The notes under the pieces were generated by a model. It was given only the letters and a program-made list of their open reading frames with translations, did no database searches and was not told the origin of the DNA. From contig CAXXXF010000002.1 in the NCBI GenBank assembly GCA_963667175.2, positions 302,195 through 366,194 on the forward strand: a stretch of 64,000 nt of DNA, given 5' to 3'. Below are positions 32,482 to 42,609 of the stretch, one piece after another. Positions within the stretch are counted from its first letter, which is position 1, and each line of letters starts with the position of its first letter. Both the position numbers and the translations under genes were made by a program. This DNA comes from Candidatus Latescibacterota bacterium (GTDB taxonomy: Bacteria; Latescibacterota; UBA2968; GCA-2709665).

Positions 32482-33732
32482 TCAGCGATCCCGTGCGGAC
32501 TCCCGTTGCGACAGGGTGCGGAAAGCGAACTGTGCGATGAAGTCGATCCCCAGCATCCGTCCCATCACCCGCCAGTCATTCAGGTCGACGGCGCTCAGAC
32601 CCGGGCCGCCGCCGTCCAGCACCAGCGTGCCGACGTAGAGGCGCGAGCCATCGGGAGAGACGCCGACCGTGGACGCGGCGTCGCCCACCCGAAGACGCCG
32701 GGATATCAGATTGCGCTGTACGTCGACGGCGAGCAGGATTCCGCCCGTCTGCGTCCCCGTGGAAGCCACGTAGAGCGTCTGGCCGTCCGGCGAAAACGCC
32801 AGTCCCCTCGCGGAATCACCGCTCAGCTGGATGCCCCCCGCAACCCGGTCCGAACTCAGATCCAGTACCGAAATCACACCCCGGTCGACGTTCGTCACGT
32901 ACGCCCGCGCGCCGTCCGCCGTGACGTCGATCTCGCCGGGAACGCCGCCGATAATGATGCCGGCCACGACCTCCCCCTGGTCCACGTCGATGACGGAAAC
33001 GTCGCGGCTGTCGGCGTTCGCCACGTAGAGCCTCTTCCCGTCCGGGGTTATCGCCACGTCGATCGGCCTCTCGCCGACCGCGATTGTATCCGCGGGAACC
33101 CGGGCGACCAGGTCCAGCACCACCAACCGGTCGTGTCGTTCTTCGGTCACGTACGCGAACCGCTCGTCGGGGCTCAGCACGACGCGTCCCTGCGACTCCG
33201 TCGGAATCGAGAACAGCGCTTCGTGACTTGCGTCGATCGCGAAAAGCCCGAAACCTTCCGAGACGTAAATTGCCCGCTCGTCCGCGGAGACCGCGATACC
33301 GGTGGGTCCCCGAAACCTCAGATAGTCCGTTAGCAGATGGGATTCCGAATCGAAAATCGCCGCCCCGCCCAACACCGGGTCGAGCGCGTAAACCGCATGG
33401 CGGGTGGCCGTCGCGCCGTTGGAACTGCCGCTAAACGCGGCGCTGAACGCGATGAAATCGGGAAAGTTGACGGCGCCGTCGCCGTTCAGGTCCAGCCGGG
33501 CGTCGTACGCCGTTTCGCCTTCCCGGGCGTTGAAGCTGCGCGCGAACAGCACGAAATCCGAAAACCCAACGTCGCCGTCACCGTCGAAATCCGCCGCGAG
33601 CGGGTCCGTCGAACGTTGCGTCGCAGGATTTTCGGGTTGCCAGATCACCGTCGGACGCTGCCCATGCGCCGGATTCAAGAAAGCCGAAAGAAAAAAGAGG
33701 AAAAGCGGTAAGCGATTGAGGTTTGCAGACAT
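32482..33732 (-). CDS. Secreted protein with a dockerin-like double EF-hand domain and YVTN beta-propeller
   Basis: Signal peptide; DFDGDGDVGFSDFVLFA and DLNGDGAVNFPDFIAF; repeats such as SPDERFAYVT, TPDGKRLYVAN and RAYVTN. Confidence 0.85.
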   Translation of the reverse strand: MSANLNRLPLFLFFLSAFLNPAHGQRPTVIWQPENPATQRSTDPLAADFDGDGDVGFSDFVLFARSFNAREGETAYDARLDLNGDGAVNFPDFIAFSAAFSGSSNGATATRHAVYALDPVLGGAAIFDSESHLLTDYLRFRGPTGIAVSADERAIYVSEGFGLFAIDASHEALFSIPTESQGRVVLSPDERFAYVTEERHDRLVVLDLVARVPADTIAVGERPIDVAITPDGKRLYVANADSRDVSVIDVDQGEVVAGIIIGGVPGEIDVTADGARAYVTNVDRGVISVLDLSSDRVAGGIQLSGDSARGLAFSPDGQTLYVASTGTQTGGILLAVDVQRNLISRRLRVGDAASTVGVSPDGSRLYVGTLVLDGGGPGLSAVDLNDWRVMGRMLGIDFIAQFAFRTLSQRESARDR

Positions 33733-33793
33733 GAATTACCCTCTAATGTGGCGCAACGGTCTTCCCGGAAATCCACCGGACTCGGCGGGGCCA

Positions 33794-35005
33794 TCAGGAG
33801 GCCAGGGCTGCCCGCGCCACACGGAGCATGTTGCCGCCCAGGATTTTGCGGATATCCCTATCCGAATAACCGCGCTGTACCATTCCCACCGTAAAGAGCG
33901 GCCAGTTGGTCCACGCCAGGCTTTTGACCATGTGATCCTGCCGCCAGTGTGCGTCAAACGCATCCGGCGGCCAGAAGTACGCCCAGCGCGGCCGCGCGCG
34001 CGGCCGCGGCGCCTTTCTCCGTTCCTTGCCGGACGCCCGTGACGCGTACGCCGTATCCGTCCCGATCGTCACATGGTCGGCGCCAACCGTTCTGACCATA
34101 TGATCGACGTGATCCAGCAGCGCCAGTATGTCTCCACTTCGACCCAGAAACGCCGGAATGCAGCAGATGCCCACGTAACCGCCCGTATCCACAATCGCCC
34201 GGATCACGTCGTCCGGTTTGCACCGGATGTGTTCGTTCACCGCGCAGCAGCCGGAATGGCTGGCCACCATGGGTACCGCGGACGCCCTGGCCGCTTCGAG
34301 GCTGGTCTGCCAGCCGGCGTGCGCGACGTCCACGATCACGCCCACCCGGTTCATTTCGGCCACGACCGATCTTCCGAAATCGCTCAAGCCCGCATTGGCG
34401 GGCTCGGCGCAGCCGTCCCCAAGCATGTTGCGCCGGTTATAGGTGAGGTGCATCATGCGAATCCCCAGCTGAAAGAAGGTCCGTATATATCTCAGTTCCT
34501 CCTCGACGGACACCCAGTCCTGCGACAGGGGTACGCCGTTGCCGCTCATGTAGAAACACTGTCTGCCCTGTGCCGCGGCCGTCTCGATATCCGCGGGCGC
34601 GGTTGCCCGAAGCAGAAAATCCCCCATGACGTCGGCCACGTACGTAAACCGGGCGAGACGTTTGATCAACCGCAACGGCGCCTGCCCCTCCTCACCCGCG
34701 TTCTGCACGATACACGTCACGCCTCCCGACCGCCAGGCTTCCTGAAACTCCGCCCGCTCGACCGGATCGGTCGCGCATCGGGTCATCGACATTTCCTCGT
34801 TCATATCGTTCAACTCGGCCACGGACGCGCCGGCTTCCACGGCGGCCGCCATCGCGTCGCCATCGATGGCCGCCCGCGGCGCGAATCCGTACGTGTCACA
34901 CACGATGGAGTCCGCGTGCAGGGCCAACCCGTGTTCCAGCTCTTTCTTTCTCGGCTTCAATATCTGAAGCGCGGCCTGCCGCGCTTCTTCGATCTTCTCA
35001 TTCAT
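33794..35005 (-). CDS. Membrane dipeptidase (M19) family amidohydrolase
   Basis: LGIRMMHLTYNRRN, GLSDFGR, EMNRVGVIVDVAH, ASHS, IGTD and KILGGN motifs. Confidence 0.85.
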   Translation of the reverse strand: MNEKIEEARQAALQILKPRKKELEHGLALHADSIVCDTYGFAPRAAIDGDAMAAAVEAGASVAELNDMNEEMSMTRCATDPVERAEFQEAWRSGGVTCIVQNAGEEGQAPLRLIKRLARFTYVADVMGDFLLRATAPADIETAAAQGRQCFYMSGNGVPLSQDWVSVEEELRYIRTFFQLGIRMMHLTYNRRNMLGDGCAEPANAGLSDFGRSVVAEMNRVGVIVDVAHAGWQTSLEAARASAVPMVASHSGCCAVNEHIRCKPDDVIRAIVDTGGYVGICCIPAFLGRSGDILALLDHVDHMVRTVGADHVTIGTDTAYASRASGKERRKAPRPRARPRWAYFWPPDAFDAHWRQDHMVKSLAWTNWPLFTVGMVQRGYSDRDIRKILGGNMLRVARAALAS

Positions 35006-35243
35006 TTTTCGTCCCCTGTCCGTTCGCGCGCTTCCTGCCGAGATACTCCAGAATATACCATAACGTCCTCGCGCGATCAACGTTGAGATTTCCCTGTCCC
35101 TGCGGGACCGGTTCCGCACGCGGGGCGGTCCTGCCGGTCCCCGCGGGGTCCGCCATTTTGAATTTCCAAAAAACCCTTGCGTATTTCGAATTTTCTCATA
35201 CCTTTATTTGTCTTGATCCGATGGCCTTCTGATTGGAGCAGGC

Positions 35244-35371
35244 TTAACAGCCCGTTGAAAAAGTCCATCCGGTCTGCCTGCCTGTGCGTTCGCACGCAGA
35301 CAGGCGCGCCTTGTCTTCGGCCACAATGACTCGGCCTCGCCTGCAGAGCGACTTTTCCAGCGGACCGTTGA
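35244..35371. mobile_element. 128-bp MITE-like element, copy 1 (degenerate right TIR)
   Basis: Near-identical to 37307-37434; left end TTAACAGCCCGTTGAAAAAGTC. Confidence 0.75.
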
Positions 35372-35459
35372 GATCCCCGTGCCGTGCGCGCCGGGCGGGA
35401 GCGCGGGGGATGCTTCATAAGACCAAACATCGCCGGAAAGGGAGCATAAGAGAAACCGC

Positions 35460-36686
35460 ATGAGCGAACCACGAAATGTGCAGGAAATGGACGAGAAATA
35501 CGTGTCGGACCAATCGAGCGAAGAATTCGCAGCCATGCTCGAAGGAGAGCCGGATCAGGCGCCCGCGCCGATTCTTTCGGTGGGACAGCGCCTCTCAGGC
35601 CGCATCCGGACCATCGATGAATCTTCCGTGTTTGTTGACTATGGGGGCCGGAGTGAGGCCGTTGTCGACGTCCAGGAACTGAGAGACGAACACGGCGAGG
35701 TTTCATGCCAGGTTGGCGACAATATCGAAGCCTTCGTCGCCTCGGTGGAGAATGAAGTCCGGTTGACGCTGTCACGGCGTACGGGCAACGTTCAGATACT
35801 GCGGCAGGCCTACGAAAACGGAATCCCCGTCGACGGACGGGTTACAGGATTCAACTCGGGCGGTCTGGTTGTCAACCTCGGAGGCCGCCGGGCTTTTTGT
35901 CCCGTTTCACAGATCGATACGGGTTACAGCAAGGACCTGGCCTCTTACGCGGGCCAGACCCATACCTTCAAAATTGTCGAATTCCGGGGTCGGGGCCGAA
36001 ATATCGTACTGTCGCGCCGCGCCCATCTCGAAGCCGAGGCCGCCCGCCGAGCGGACGAACTGCGCGAAAAGCTCAGCGAGGGCGCCGAAGTCATCGGAAA
36101 GGTCACCCGGTTGGAAAGGTTCGGCGCTTTTGTCGACCTCGGCGGCGTGGAAGGATTGGTCCACATTTCGGAGATTGCGCACAACCGCGTGGGGCATCCG
36201 AAAGACGTGCTGCGGTCCGGAGATGAGGTGAACGTGAAGATCCTCGAACTCAAGGGCCTTGGAGGAGACAAGGAACGGATCTCGCTCTCCATGAAGGCGC
36301 TCCTGCCCGACCCCTGGGACGGCGCGACCGAAAAAGCCCGGGAAGGGGAGGTCATATCCGGAAAGGTCGTCTCCATTCAGCAGTTCGGCGCCTTCGTCGA
36401 AGTCGCGCCGGGTGTGGAGGGTCTGGTGCACGTGTCCCAGCTCGCGCGAAGCCGCGTTGCGCGGCCTGCCGACGTGGTTTCGGTAGGTCAGGAAGTGCGC
36501 GCCAGAATCCGGAAGATCGACCGGGAGAGGAAACGCATCTCCCTTTCCATACGCGACGTTCAGGAAGAAGAAAAGAAGGCGGTTGAAGTCAAGGAAGTCG
36601 AAGCGTTCAAAGTCAAGGAAAACACGTCCGAAAGCAAGTCTGACAGCGTCATGGCAGACGCCCTCCGCCGCGCCGGATTATTGTAG
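35460..36686 (+). CDS. Ribosomal protein S1-like protein (4 S1 domains)
   Basis: FGAFVDLGGVEGLVHISEI, FGAFVEVAPGVEGLVHVSQL and RISLS motifs; shorter than a 6-domain RpsA, so possibly a paralogue. Confidence 0.85.
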   Translation: MSEPRNVQEMDEKYVSDQSSEEFAAMLEGEPDQAPAPILSVGQRLSGRIRTIDESSVFVDYGGRSEAVVDVQELRDEHGEVSCQVGDNIEAFVASVENEVRLTLSRRTGNVQILRQAYENGIPVDGRVTGFNSGGLVVNLGGRRAFCPVSQIDTGYSKDLASYAGQTHTFKIVEFRGRGRNIVLSRRAHLEAEAARRADELREKLSEGAEVIGKVTRLERFGAFVDLGGVEGLVHISEIAHNRVGHPKDVLRSGDEVNVKILELKGLGGDKERISLSMKALLPDPWDGATEKAREGEVISGKVVSIQQFGAFVEVAPGVEGLVHVSQLARSRVARPADVVSVGQEVRARIRKIDRERKRISLSIRDVQEEEKKAVEVKEVEAFKVKENTSESKSDSVMADALRRAGLL

Positions 36687-36761
36687 GTCAGGGTCGCAGG
36701 ATCCCGCATCGGATCCGGTTTGACGAGACCGGAGCGGCGGAGGACAGCCCGGGACCCCGAC

Positions 36762-37106
36762 ATGCACAATACCAATCCCGATATTCTCCTCAAGGAAGTG
36801 CAATTCCAACCCTTTCGCGGCGGGGGACCGGGAGGCCAGCACCGCAATAAGGTTGAAAGCGCGGTCAGGCTTGTGCACGTTCCCACCGGTATCACGGTCG
36901 TTGCGTCCGAACATCGCTTCCAGGGACGCAACAGAGACCTTGCCCTCCAGCGCCTCCGGCGAAAACTCATCGGATTGAACCACACGGCCAGATCCCGAAT
37001 ACCAACCAGACCCTCCCGCGCGTCCAGAGAAAAGCGCCTGGAACAGAAACGCCGGCGGTCGCGCAAGAAATCACTTCGCCGCATCGTGGACGTATCGTAT
37101 ACGTAG
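36762..37106 (+). CDS. arfB: RF-1-domain peptidyl-tRNA hydrolase / ribosome rescue factor (ArfB-like)
   Basis: GGPGGQHRNKVESAVRL and a basic tail RIPTRPSRASREKRLEQKRRRSRKK. Confidence 0.8.
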   Translation: MHNTNPDILLKEVQFQPFRGGGPGGQHRNKVESAVRLVHVPTGITVVASEHRFQGRNRDLALQRLRRKLIGLNHTARSRIPTRPSRASREKRLEQKRRRSRKKSLRRIVDVSYT

Positions 37107-37306
37107 CCCTTTGCAACCGGGATCGATTCAACAACCGAGCCCCGCGCGAACGCGCGCCGGCGAGGTCCGTGGTTCCGGTCCCCGACTGTCACCGGAACTC
37201 CGGCATTTTTAATTTTTCGGCTGAATCAAATCCGGCGCTGGCGCGTCTTACGGTTGTGCCCCGCAATCGTCTCAGACCGCCGGAAGACCGCGCCTTCGCC
37301 CGATGC

Positions 37307-37434
37307 TTAACAGCCCGTTGAAAAAGTCCATCCGGGCTGCCTGCCTGTGCGTTCGCACGCAGACAGGCGCGCCTTGTCTTCCGCTACAATGCCTCGGCCT
37401 CGCCGGCAGAGCGACTTTTTCAACGGACTGTTAA
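37307..37434. mobile_element. 128-bp MITE-like element, copy 2
   Basis: 22-bp inverted ends TTAACAGCCCGTTGAAAAAGTC and GACTTTTTCAACGGACTGTTAA (1 mismatch), with TTAA at both ends. Confidence 0.8.
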
Positions 37435-37450
37435 TGGAGCGCCGTTGCCA

Positions 37451-40400
37451 ATGAACAGTCGATCCTCCCTTCTGTCATCCATTTCCGTCAATCGACCGGT
37501 TACGATTACGGTATGTCTGATCGCCCTGCTCGTGATGGGCGCCGTCGCCTATTCGCGGATCGCGGTGAAGATGATGCCGGCCGGGTTTGATCCGCCCTTC
37601 CTGTGGTTGAGCGTGCGGTATCCCGGCTCGAACGCCACGCCTCAAGAGGTCGAACAGCAGATTACACGCCCCCTCGAGGAGCGTCTGCGGACCATCAAGG
37701 GTATCGAACGGGTCCGGACGTACACGGACAGCCGGGGCGTGGGCGCGCCCCTCCGGTTTCAGCAGGATGCCGACATGACCCTGGCGTACAACCAGCTGAG
37801 GGATCAGCTGGACCGGCTCAAACCGGAACTCCCGGAGGAGGTCCGGGACCGTATTTTCGTGTGGAAGCACAACGACGAAGACCGGAGCATCATGTGGATT
37901 GGCGCGGCCCTGGACTCTACGATCTCCGACGTGTACGGATTCCTGCAAACCCACGTGCAACGGCCGCTGGAACGCATCGAAGGAGTGGCCAGGGTGGAAC
38001 TCTGGGGCGTCGACCCCAAAGAAGTGATGATCGAAATCAACCGCGAGCAACTGTTGGCCCGCGGCGTGAATATCTACGAGATGGTCCAGAGCCTCCGCAA
38101 CGACAATTTCGCGCTTGAGAGCGGTTACGTGAACGAGGGAACGAAGAAATTCTACGTCCGGTCTCTTGCGCGGTACCGCAGCCTGGAGGAGATCAGCAAT
38201 ATTCCCATCGATTCGGGAGAGGGCGACGTCAGGCTGGGGGAGGTGGCTGGCGTTGTTTACGACGTACCTGCCCGAAGCTGGTATCAGAGAATCGACGGCC
38301 AACCGGCTTCTTCCGTGGGCATCAAGGCCGAATCGGGGGCCGACATCGCCACGGTGTGCGACCGTGTTTCGGCGGCGCTCGCGGAGATCGGGGACGGGTC
38401 CGCCGCGGCGGGAAAGGTCCAATTCAACGTGTTTTTCAACCAGGGCGAATTCATCCAGGCGTCCGTCGCCAATTTGAGGAATACGGGTCTCTGGGGCGGG
38501 TTGTTCGCCGCGCTGGTTCTTCTGTTTTTCCTGCGCGTCCTTCGTATGACGGCCATCATCACGCTGTCGATACCGCTGTGCGCGATGATTACCGTAACGG
38601 TGCTTTATTTCTCGGGGTGGTCTCTGAATCTCATGACGATGATGGGGTTGATGGTGGGTGTCGGGATGGTTGTGGACAATGCCGTCGTCATCCTGGAGAA
38701 CATCTACCGGCGGCGTGAGAAGGGAGAGTCCCCCAGGCCTGCGGCCGTTGGGGGCGCGGGCGAAGTCGCCATGGCGATTAGCATGGCAACGCTGACCACG
38801 GTCGTGGTCTTTCTGCCGTTGATGTTGATGACCGGCAACGTGGGGATGACGTTCTACCTCTCACGAATGGGCGTGCCCGTCATCGTGATGCTGGTCGGGT
38901 CGCTGTTCGTCGCGCTCCTGATCATCCCGCTGGCTTCTGTGCGATTTGGGGGCGGCCGCGTCAAGCCGGATGCGAAGTCCATCGGGTGGGCCCGGGCGCG
39001 CTATGGCCGGGTGTTGAATTGGGCGTTGAGCCACCGCCGGGACGCCATTTTGATCCTTTTGGCGGTATTTGCCACCATCTTGATTCCGTCGGAAAAGATA
39101 AAACGCTCGGACGCCTCCCGGGGGAACATCAACGACGTCGATATTTATATTCGAACGCCCCGCGACTTTACGACGTACGAGACTTTCGAACTGATGAACG
39201 AGGTGGAGGAGTTTCTGAATTCAAAGCGGGAGATCTACGGCATCCGGACCATCCGGTCCTGGTTCCGCAAGACACGCGGAAATTTCGAGATTTTTCTGGA
39301 TTCGAATCCCAACGAGGCGTGGTGGTACGTCGCGTACAGGAACCTGCGGGCGGGACTGGGGGTTCCGGTCGACAAGGCGATCGCGCGTACGGACGTCATC
39401 AAGGATCTGAAGAAGAATATGCCCAGGTACGTGGGCGTTCGGATCGGCGTTGAGAGCCGTGGACGGGGAAGCGGAGATCCTTCGGTTTCCGTCTATCTCT
39501 ACGGCGACGACACCGAGGTGCTGGCGCGTCTCGTAACCGAAGTTGAACGCCGTCTTCAGTCAATACCCTCGGTGGCGAGCGTGAGTTCTGACCTGGAACG
39601 GTCCACCGACGAGGCGCAGGTCCATATCGATCGAGAGCGGGCAAAGCGCTACGGGATTTCTCCGCAGGTCGTGGCGAGGACGCTGGCCTTTACCCTGCAG
39701 GGCGTGAGCCTGCCCCGGTTTCAGTCCGGAGAGCGCGAGGTGGATACGCGCCTGTACCTGGAAGAGGCGGACCGGCAAACGCTGCACCATCTCAAAAGTT
39801 TCATGTTCCGGTCGGCATCAGGAGGAGAAGTTCCCCTGACCGAGCTGGCTGCAATAAAAGTGATGCCGGGTCGCGGGAGAATCCGCCGGGAAGACGGCAA
39901 GACGAGATTACGGGTCAGCGCGTTTGTCACGAAGGACGATCTGAAGAGCCTCTACGCCGAAATCGACCGGGCGATGTCCGGCTTCGAGATGCCCAGGGGA
40001 TATTCGTGGAACAAGGGAGAACGCTTCGCCAGGTTTCGCGAGTCCGACAACGAGACGATATTTGCGCTGGTGATGGCCGTCACCTGTGTCTTTCTGCTGA
40101 TGGGGGTGCTGTTCGAGTCCGTAATGCTTCCGTTCTCGGTGTTGTTTTCCATTCCGTTTTCGTTCGTGGGGGTGTACTGGACGCTCTATCTGACCGGCAC
40201 GCCGATGGACATGATGGCCAACATCGGCATGATCGTTCTCGTCGGCGTCGTTGTCAACAACGCCATTGTCCTGGTGGACATGATCAACCGCATGCGCCTG
40301 GAGGGCATGAACCGTACCGATGCGATTCTGGAGGCCGGACACAACCGGTTTCGCCCCATCCTGATGACCACGTTTACCACGGTGTGCGGCCTGTTGCCAA

Positions 40401-40609
40401 TGGCGTTGGGCAACAGCAACCTCATCGGGATTCCCTACGCGCCGCTTGGCCGGACCCTGATGGGAGGGTTGCTGGCTTCCACGTTTCTGACCCTGCTGCT
40501 TGTGCCCATCTGCTACACGTTGCTGGACGACCTGCGCACGGTTTTGCAAAGGGTCGTCAGCGCCGCGTTCTTCCGCCAGGCCGCCTACGATCAGTCGGCC
40601 GACGACTGA
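37451..40609 (+). CDS. RND efflux transporter permease (AcrB/AcrD/AcrF family)
   Basis: About 1050 aa; VGMVVDNAVVILENIYR, TLTTVVVFLP, GVVVNNAIVLVD and RFRPILMTT motifs. Confidence 0.93.
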   Translation: MNSRSSLLSSISVNRPVTITVCLIALLVMGAVAYSRIAVKMMPAGFDPPFLWLSVRYPGSNATPQEVEQQITRPLEERLRTIKGIERVRTYTDSRGVGAPLRFQQDADMTLAYNQLRDQLDRLKPELPEEVRDRIFVWKHNDEDRSIMWIGAALDSTISDVYGFLQTHVQRPLERIEGVARVELWGVDPKEVMIEINREQLLARGVNIYEMVQSLRNDNFALESGYVNEGTKKFYVRSLARYRSLEEISNIPIDSGEGDVRLGEVAGVVYDVPARSWYQRIDGQPASSVGIKAESGADIATVCDRVSAALAEIGDGSAAAGKVQFNVFFNQGEFIQASVANLRNTGLWGGLFAALVLLFFLRVLRMTAIITLSIPLCAMITVTVLYFSGWSLNLMTMMGLMVGVGMVVDNAVVILENIYRRREKGESPRPAAVGGAGEVAMAISMATLTTVVVFLPLMLMTGNVGMTFYLSRMGVPVIVMLVGSLFVALLIIPLASVRFGGGRVKPDAKSIGWARARYGRVLNWALSHRRDAILILLAVFATILIPSEKIKRSDASRGNINDVDIYIRTPRDFTTYETFELMNEVEEFLNSKREIYGIRTIRSWFRKTRGNFEIFLDSNPNEAWWYVAYRNLRAGLGVPVDKAIARTDVIKDLKKNMPRYVGVRIGVESRGRGSGDPSVSVYLYGDDTEVLARLVTEVERRLQSIPSVASVSSDLERSTDEAQVHIDRERAKRYGISPQVVARTLAFTLQGVSLPRFQSGEREVDTRLYLEEADRQTLHHLKSFMFRSASGGEVPLTELAAIKVMPGRGRIRREDGKTRLRVSAFVTKDDLKSLYAEIDRAMSGFEMPRGYSWNKGERFARFRESDNETIFALVMAVTCVFLLMGVLFESVMLPFSVLFSIPFSFVGVYWTLYLTGTPMDMMANIGMIVLVGVVVNNAIVLVDMINRMRLEGMNRTDAILEAGHNRFRPILMTTFTTVCGLLPMALGNSNLIGIPYAPLGRTLMGGLLASTFLTLLLVPICYTLLDDLRTVLQRVVSAAFFRQAAYDQSADD

Positions 40610-40685
40610 GCCGCTCCACACGGTTCCGGCATCGGGCGTCGTACGTCGCGGCCGTCCGATTTTCTGTGTTCGGTGAGGCACATCC

Positions 40686-41453
40686 GTGAATTTCAGGCCG
40701 TGTATCGATCTGCGCGGGGGCCGCGTGGTGCAAATCGTGGGCGGGTCCGCGCGAGGCGGCAAGACGCCCGCGACGAACTTCGAGACGGATCGGGCGGCGG
40801 CCGACTACGCGGAGCTGTACAGGGCGGACAACCTGCCGGGAGGTCACGTCATCATGCTGGGCCCCGGCAACGAGTCGGCCGCCCTGTCGGCCCTGTCCGC
40901 CTGGCCCGGCGGGCTTCGGATAGGCGGCGGCATCCGGCCGGAGAACGCGCAGCGATATCTGGATGCCGGCGCCAGCCACGTGATCGTCACTTCATACGTG
41001 TTTCGAGACGGGCGCGTGGATACCGACCGACTGGACATGATGGTGGGCGCCGTCGGCCGTGACAGACTGGTGCTGGATCTGAGCTGCCGAAGACGGGGCG
41101 ACGCGTATCTGGTGGTGACCGACCTGTGGCAGAAGTTCACCAGCGTTCAGGTGCACGGTCCAACGTTGGCGTGGCTTTCGGAATTCTGCGACGGCTTCCT
41201 TGTGCACGGGGTGGACGTGGAGGGAAAGCGGGCTGGGATTGAAGATTCGCTTGTGGAGATGCTCGGGGCCGAATCGCCCATCGACGTGACGTACGCGGGC
41301 GGCGCCCGGCGCCTGGAAGACCTGGACCGCGTCGAGAGACTGGGGAAGGGGCGGGTGGGTCTGACCATCGGCAGCGCGCTGGATATATTCGGCGGCGACG
41401 TGGCCTACGCGGAGGTCGTGGCCTGGCAGCGGCGACGCGGGCGTCCCGCGTGA
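40686..41453 (+). CDS. hisA: ProFAR isomerase, His6/eukaryotic-type HisA
   Basis: FRPCIDL..G.VVQIVG, GGHVIMLG, GASHVIVTSYVF, LVLDLSCRR and LTIGSALDIFGG motifs. Confidence 0.88.
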   Translation: MNFRPCIDLRGGRVVQIVGGSARGGKTPATNFETDRAAADYAELYRADNLPGGHVIMLGPGNESAALSALSAWPGGLRIGGGIRPENAQRYLDAGASHVIVTSYVFRDGRVDTDRLDMMVGAVGRDRLVLDLSCRRRGDAYLVVTDLWQKFTSVQVHGPTLAWLSEFCDGFLVHGVDVEGKRAGIEDSLVEMLGAESPIDVTYAGGARRLEDLDRVERLGKGRVGLTIGSALDIFGGDVAYAEVVAWQRRRGRPA

Positions 41454-41526
41454 GCCGATCCGCCCCGCGTCCGGACTTTTTGGCCTTTTCTTGACGGAGC
41501 CCGCCGCCGATTCCGCTGGAGACCCC

Positions 41527-42558
41527 GTGACGACGTTTCGGGAGATGGGAGAATTCGGATTTATCGAGCGGATTGCCGCGGCCGGATCGTCGCGGGCCGA
41601 AGGCGTACGGCGTGGTATCGGCGACGATTGCGCCGTGTTGTCGTGCGGACGCGACAGGATGCGCCTCATCACGACCGACCTGATGGTGGAAGGCGTGCAT
41701 TTCGAGGTCGGAGCGTCCGATGCGGCTTGGCTGGGTCACAAGCTGCTTGCCGTCAATCTGTCCGACGTCGCGGCGATGGGCGGGGAGCCTGGGGAGGCGC
41801 TGGTTTCCCTGGCGGTTCCCCCTGATTTCGACGTTGCCTACATGGAACGCGTATACGGCGGACTCCGCGCATTGGCGTCGCGTTTTGGCGTGAACGTCGT
41901 GGGGGGAGACACCACGCGGAGTACCGGGCCGCTGGTGATGAATCTGACGCTGACCGGCGAGATGGATCAGGACCGGGTGTGCTACCGCTCCGGTGCCCGC
42001 CCCGGCGATCTGATTTACGTCTCCGGCACCCTTGGGGACTCCGCGGCGGGGTTGAAGCTGGCGATGGGCGGCGAGATCGGGCTTTCCACGGACGACCGGG
42101 AGTTTCTGCTGGGCAGGCACCACCGGCCGGAGCCCAGGGTGGCGTTGGGTCAGGCGCTGGCGGCATCGGGCGCCGTGACTGCGATGTTGGATCTTTCAGA
42201 CGGGGTGGCTTCGGATTTGCGGCATATCTGCAGACAGAGCGGAGTTTCCGCGGTGATCCGCGAAGCGGAGATTCCCGTTTCGCCGGCGTTCCGCCGATTC
42301 TGCGAACTCTCGACTTCGGGAGCACGGAGTCTGTCGATTACGGGTGGGGAGGACTATGAACTGCTGTTTACGGCTGCGCCCGGAGGCAGACGTGAGATCG
42401 ATGCGCTCGCCGCCGGGTCACGGATCCACCGCATCGGGCGGATCCAGGCAGGGGACGGACGCATCCACGTCGAAGACGCACGGGGCGCCAAAACGGAACT
42501 GAAGACGCGCGGTTTCGACCATTTTTCAGGTCCCGCGTCCGTGGAATCATCTCTGTAG
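41527..42558 (+). CDS. thiL: Thiamine-monophosphate kinase
   Basis: GEFGFI, GIGDDCA, NLSDVAAMG, GGDT, DLSDG, GGEDYEL and GFDHF motifs. Confidence 0.93.
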   Translation: MTTFREMGEFGFIERIAAAGSSRAEGVRRGIGDDCAVLSCGRDRMRLITTDLMVEGVHFEVGASDAAWLGHKLLAVNLSDVAAMGGEPGEALVSLAVPPDFDVAYMERVYGGLRALASRFGVNVVGGDTTRSTGPLVMNLTLTGEMDQDRVCYRSGARPGDLIYVSGTLGDSAAGLKLAMGGEIGLSTDDREFLLGRHHRPEPRVALGQALAASGAVTAMLDLSDGVASDLRHICRQSGVSAVIREAEIPVSPAFRRFCELSTSGARSLSITGGEDYELLFTAAPGGRREIDALAAGSRIHRIGRIQAGDGRIHVEDARGAKTELKTRGFDHFSGPASVESSL

Positions 42559-42609
42559 AGCACACTCGGAAGCGTTTCGCGCAACTGAGTCGACCCGGAC
42601 AGGTCAACC

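Noticed and set aside
37222-37250. TGAATC-N17-CGTCT possible ECF promoter upstream of the RND gene
   Set aside because: Too short and degenerate to support without a known motif for the local ECF sigma.
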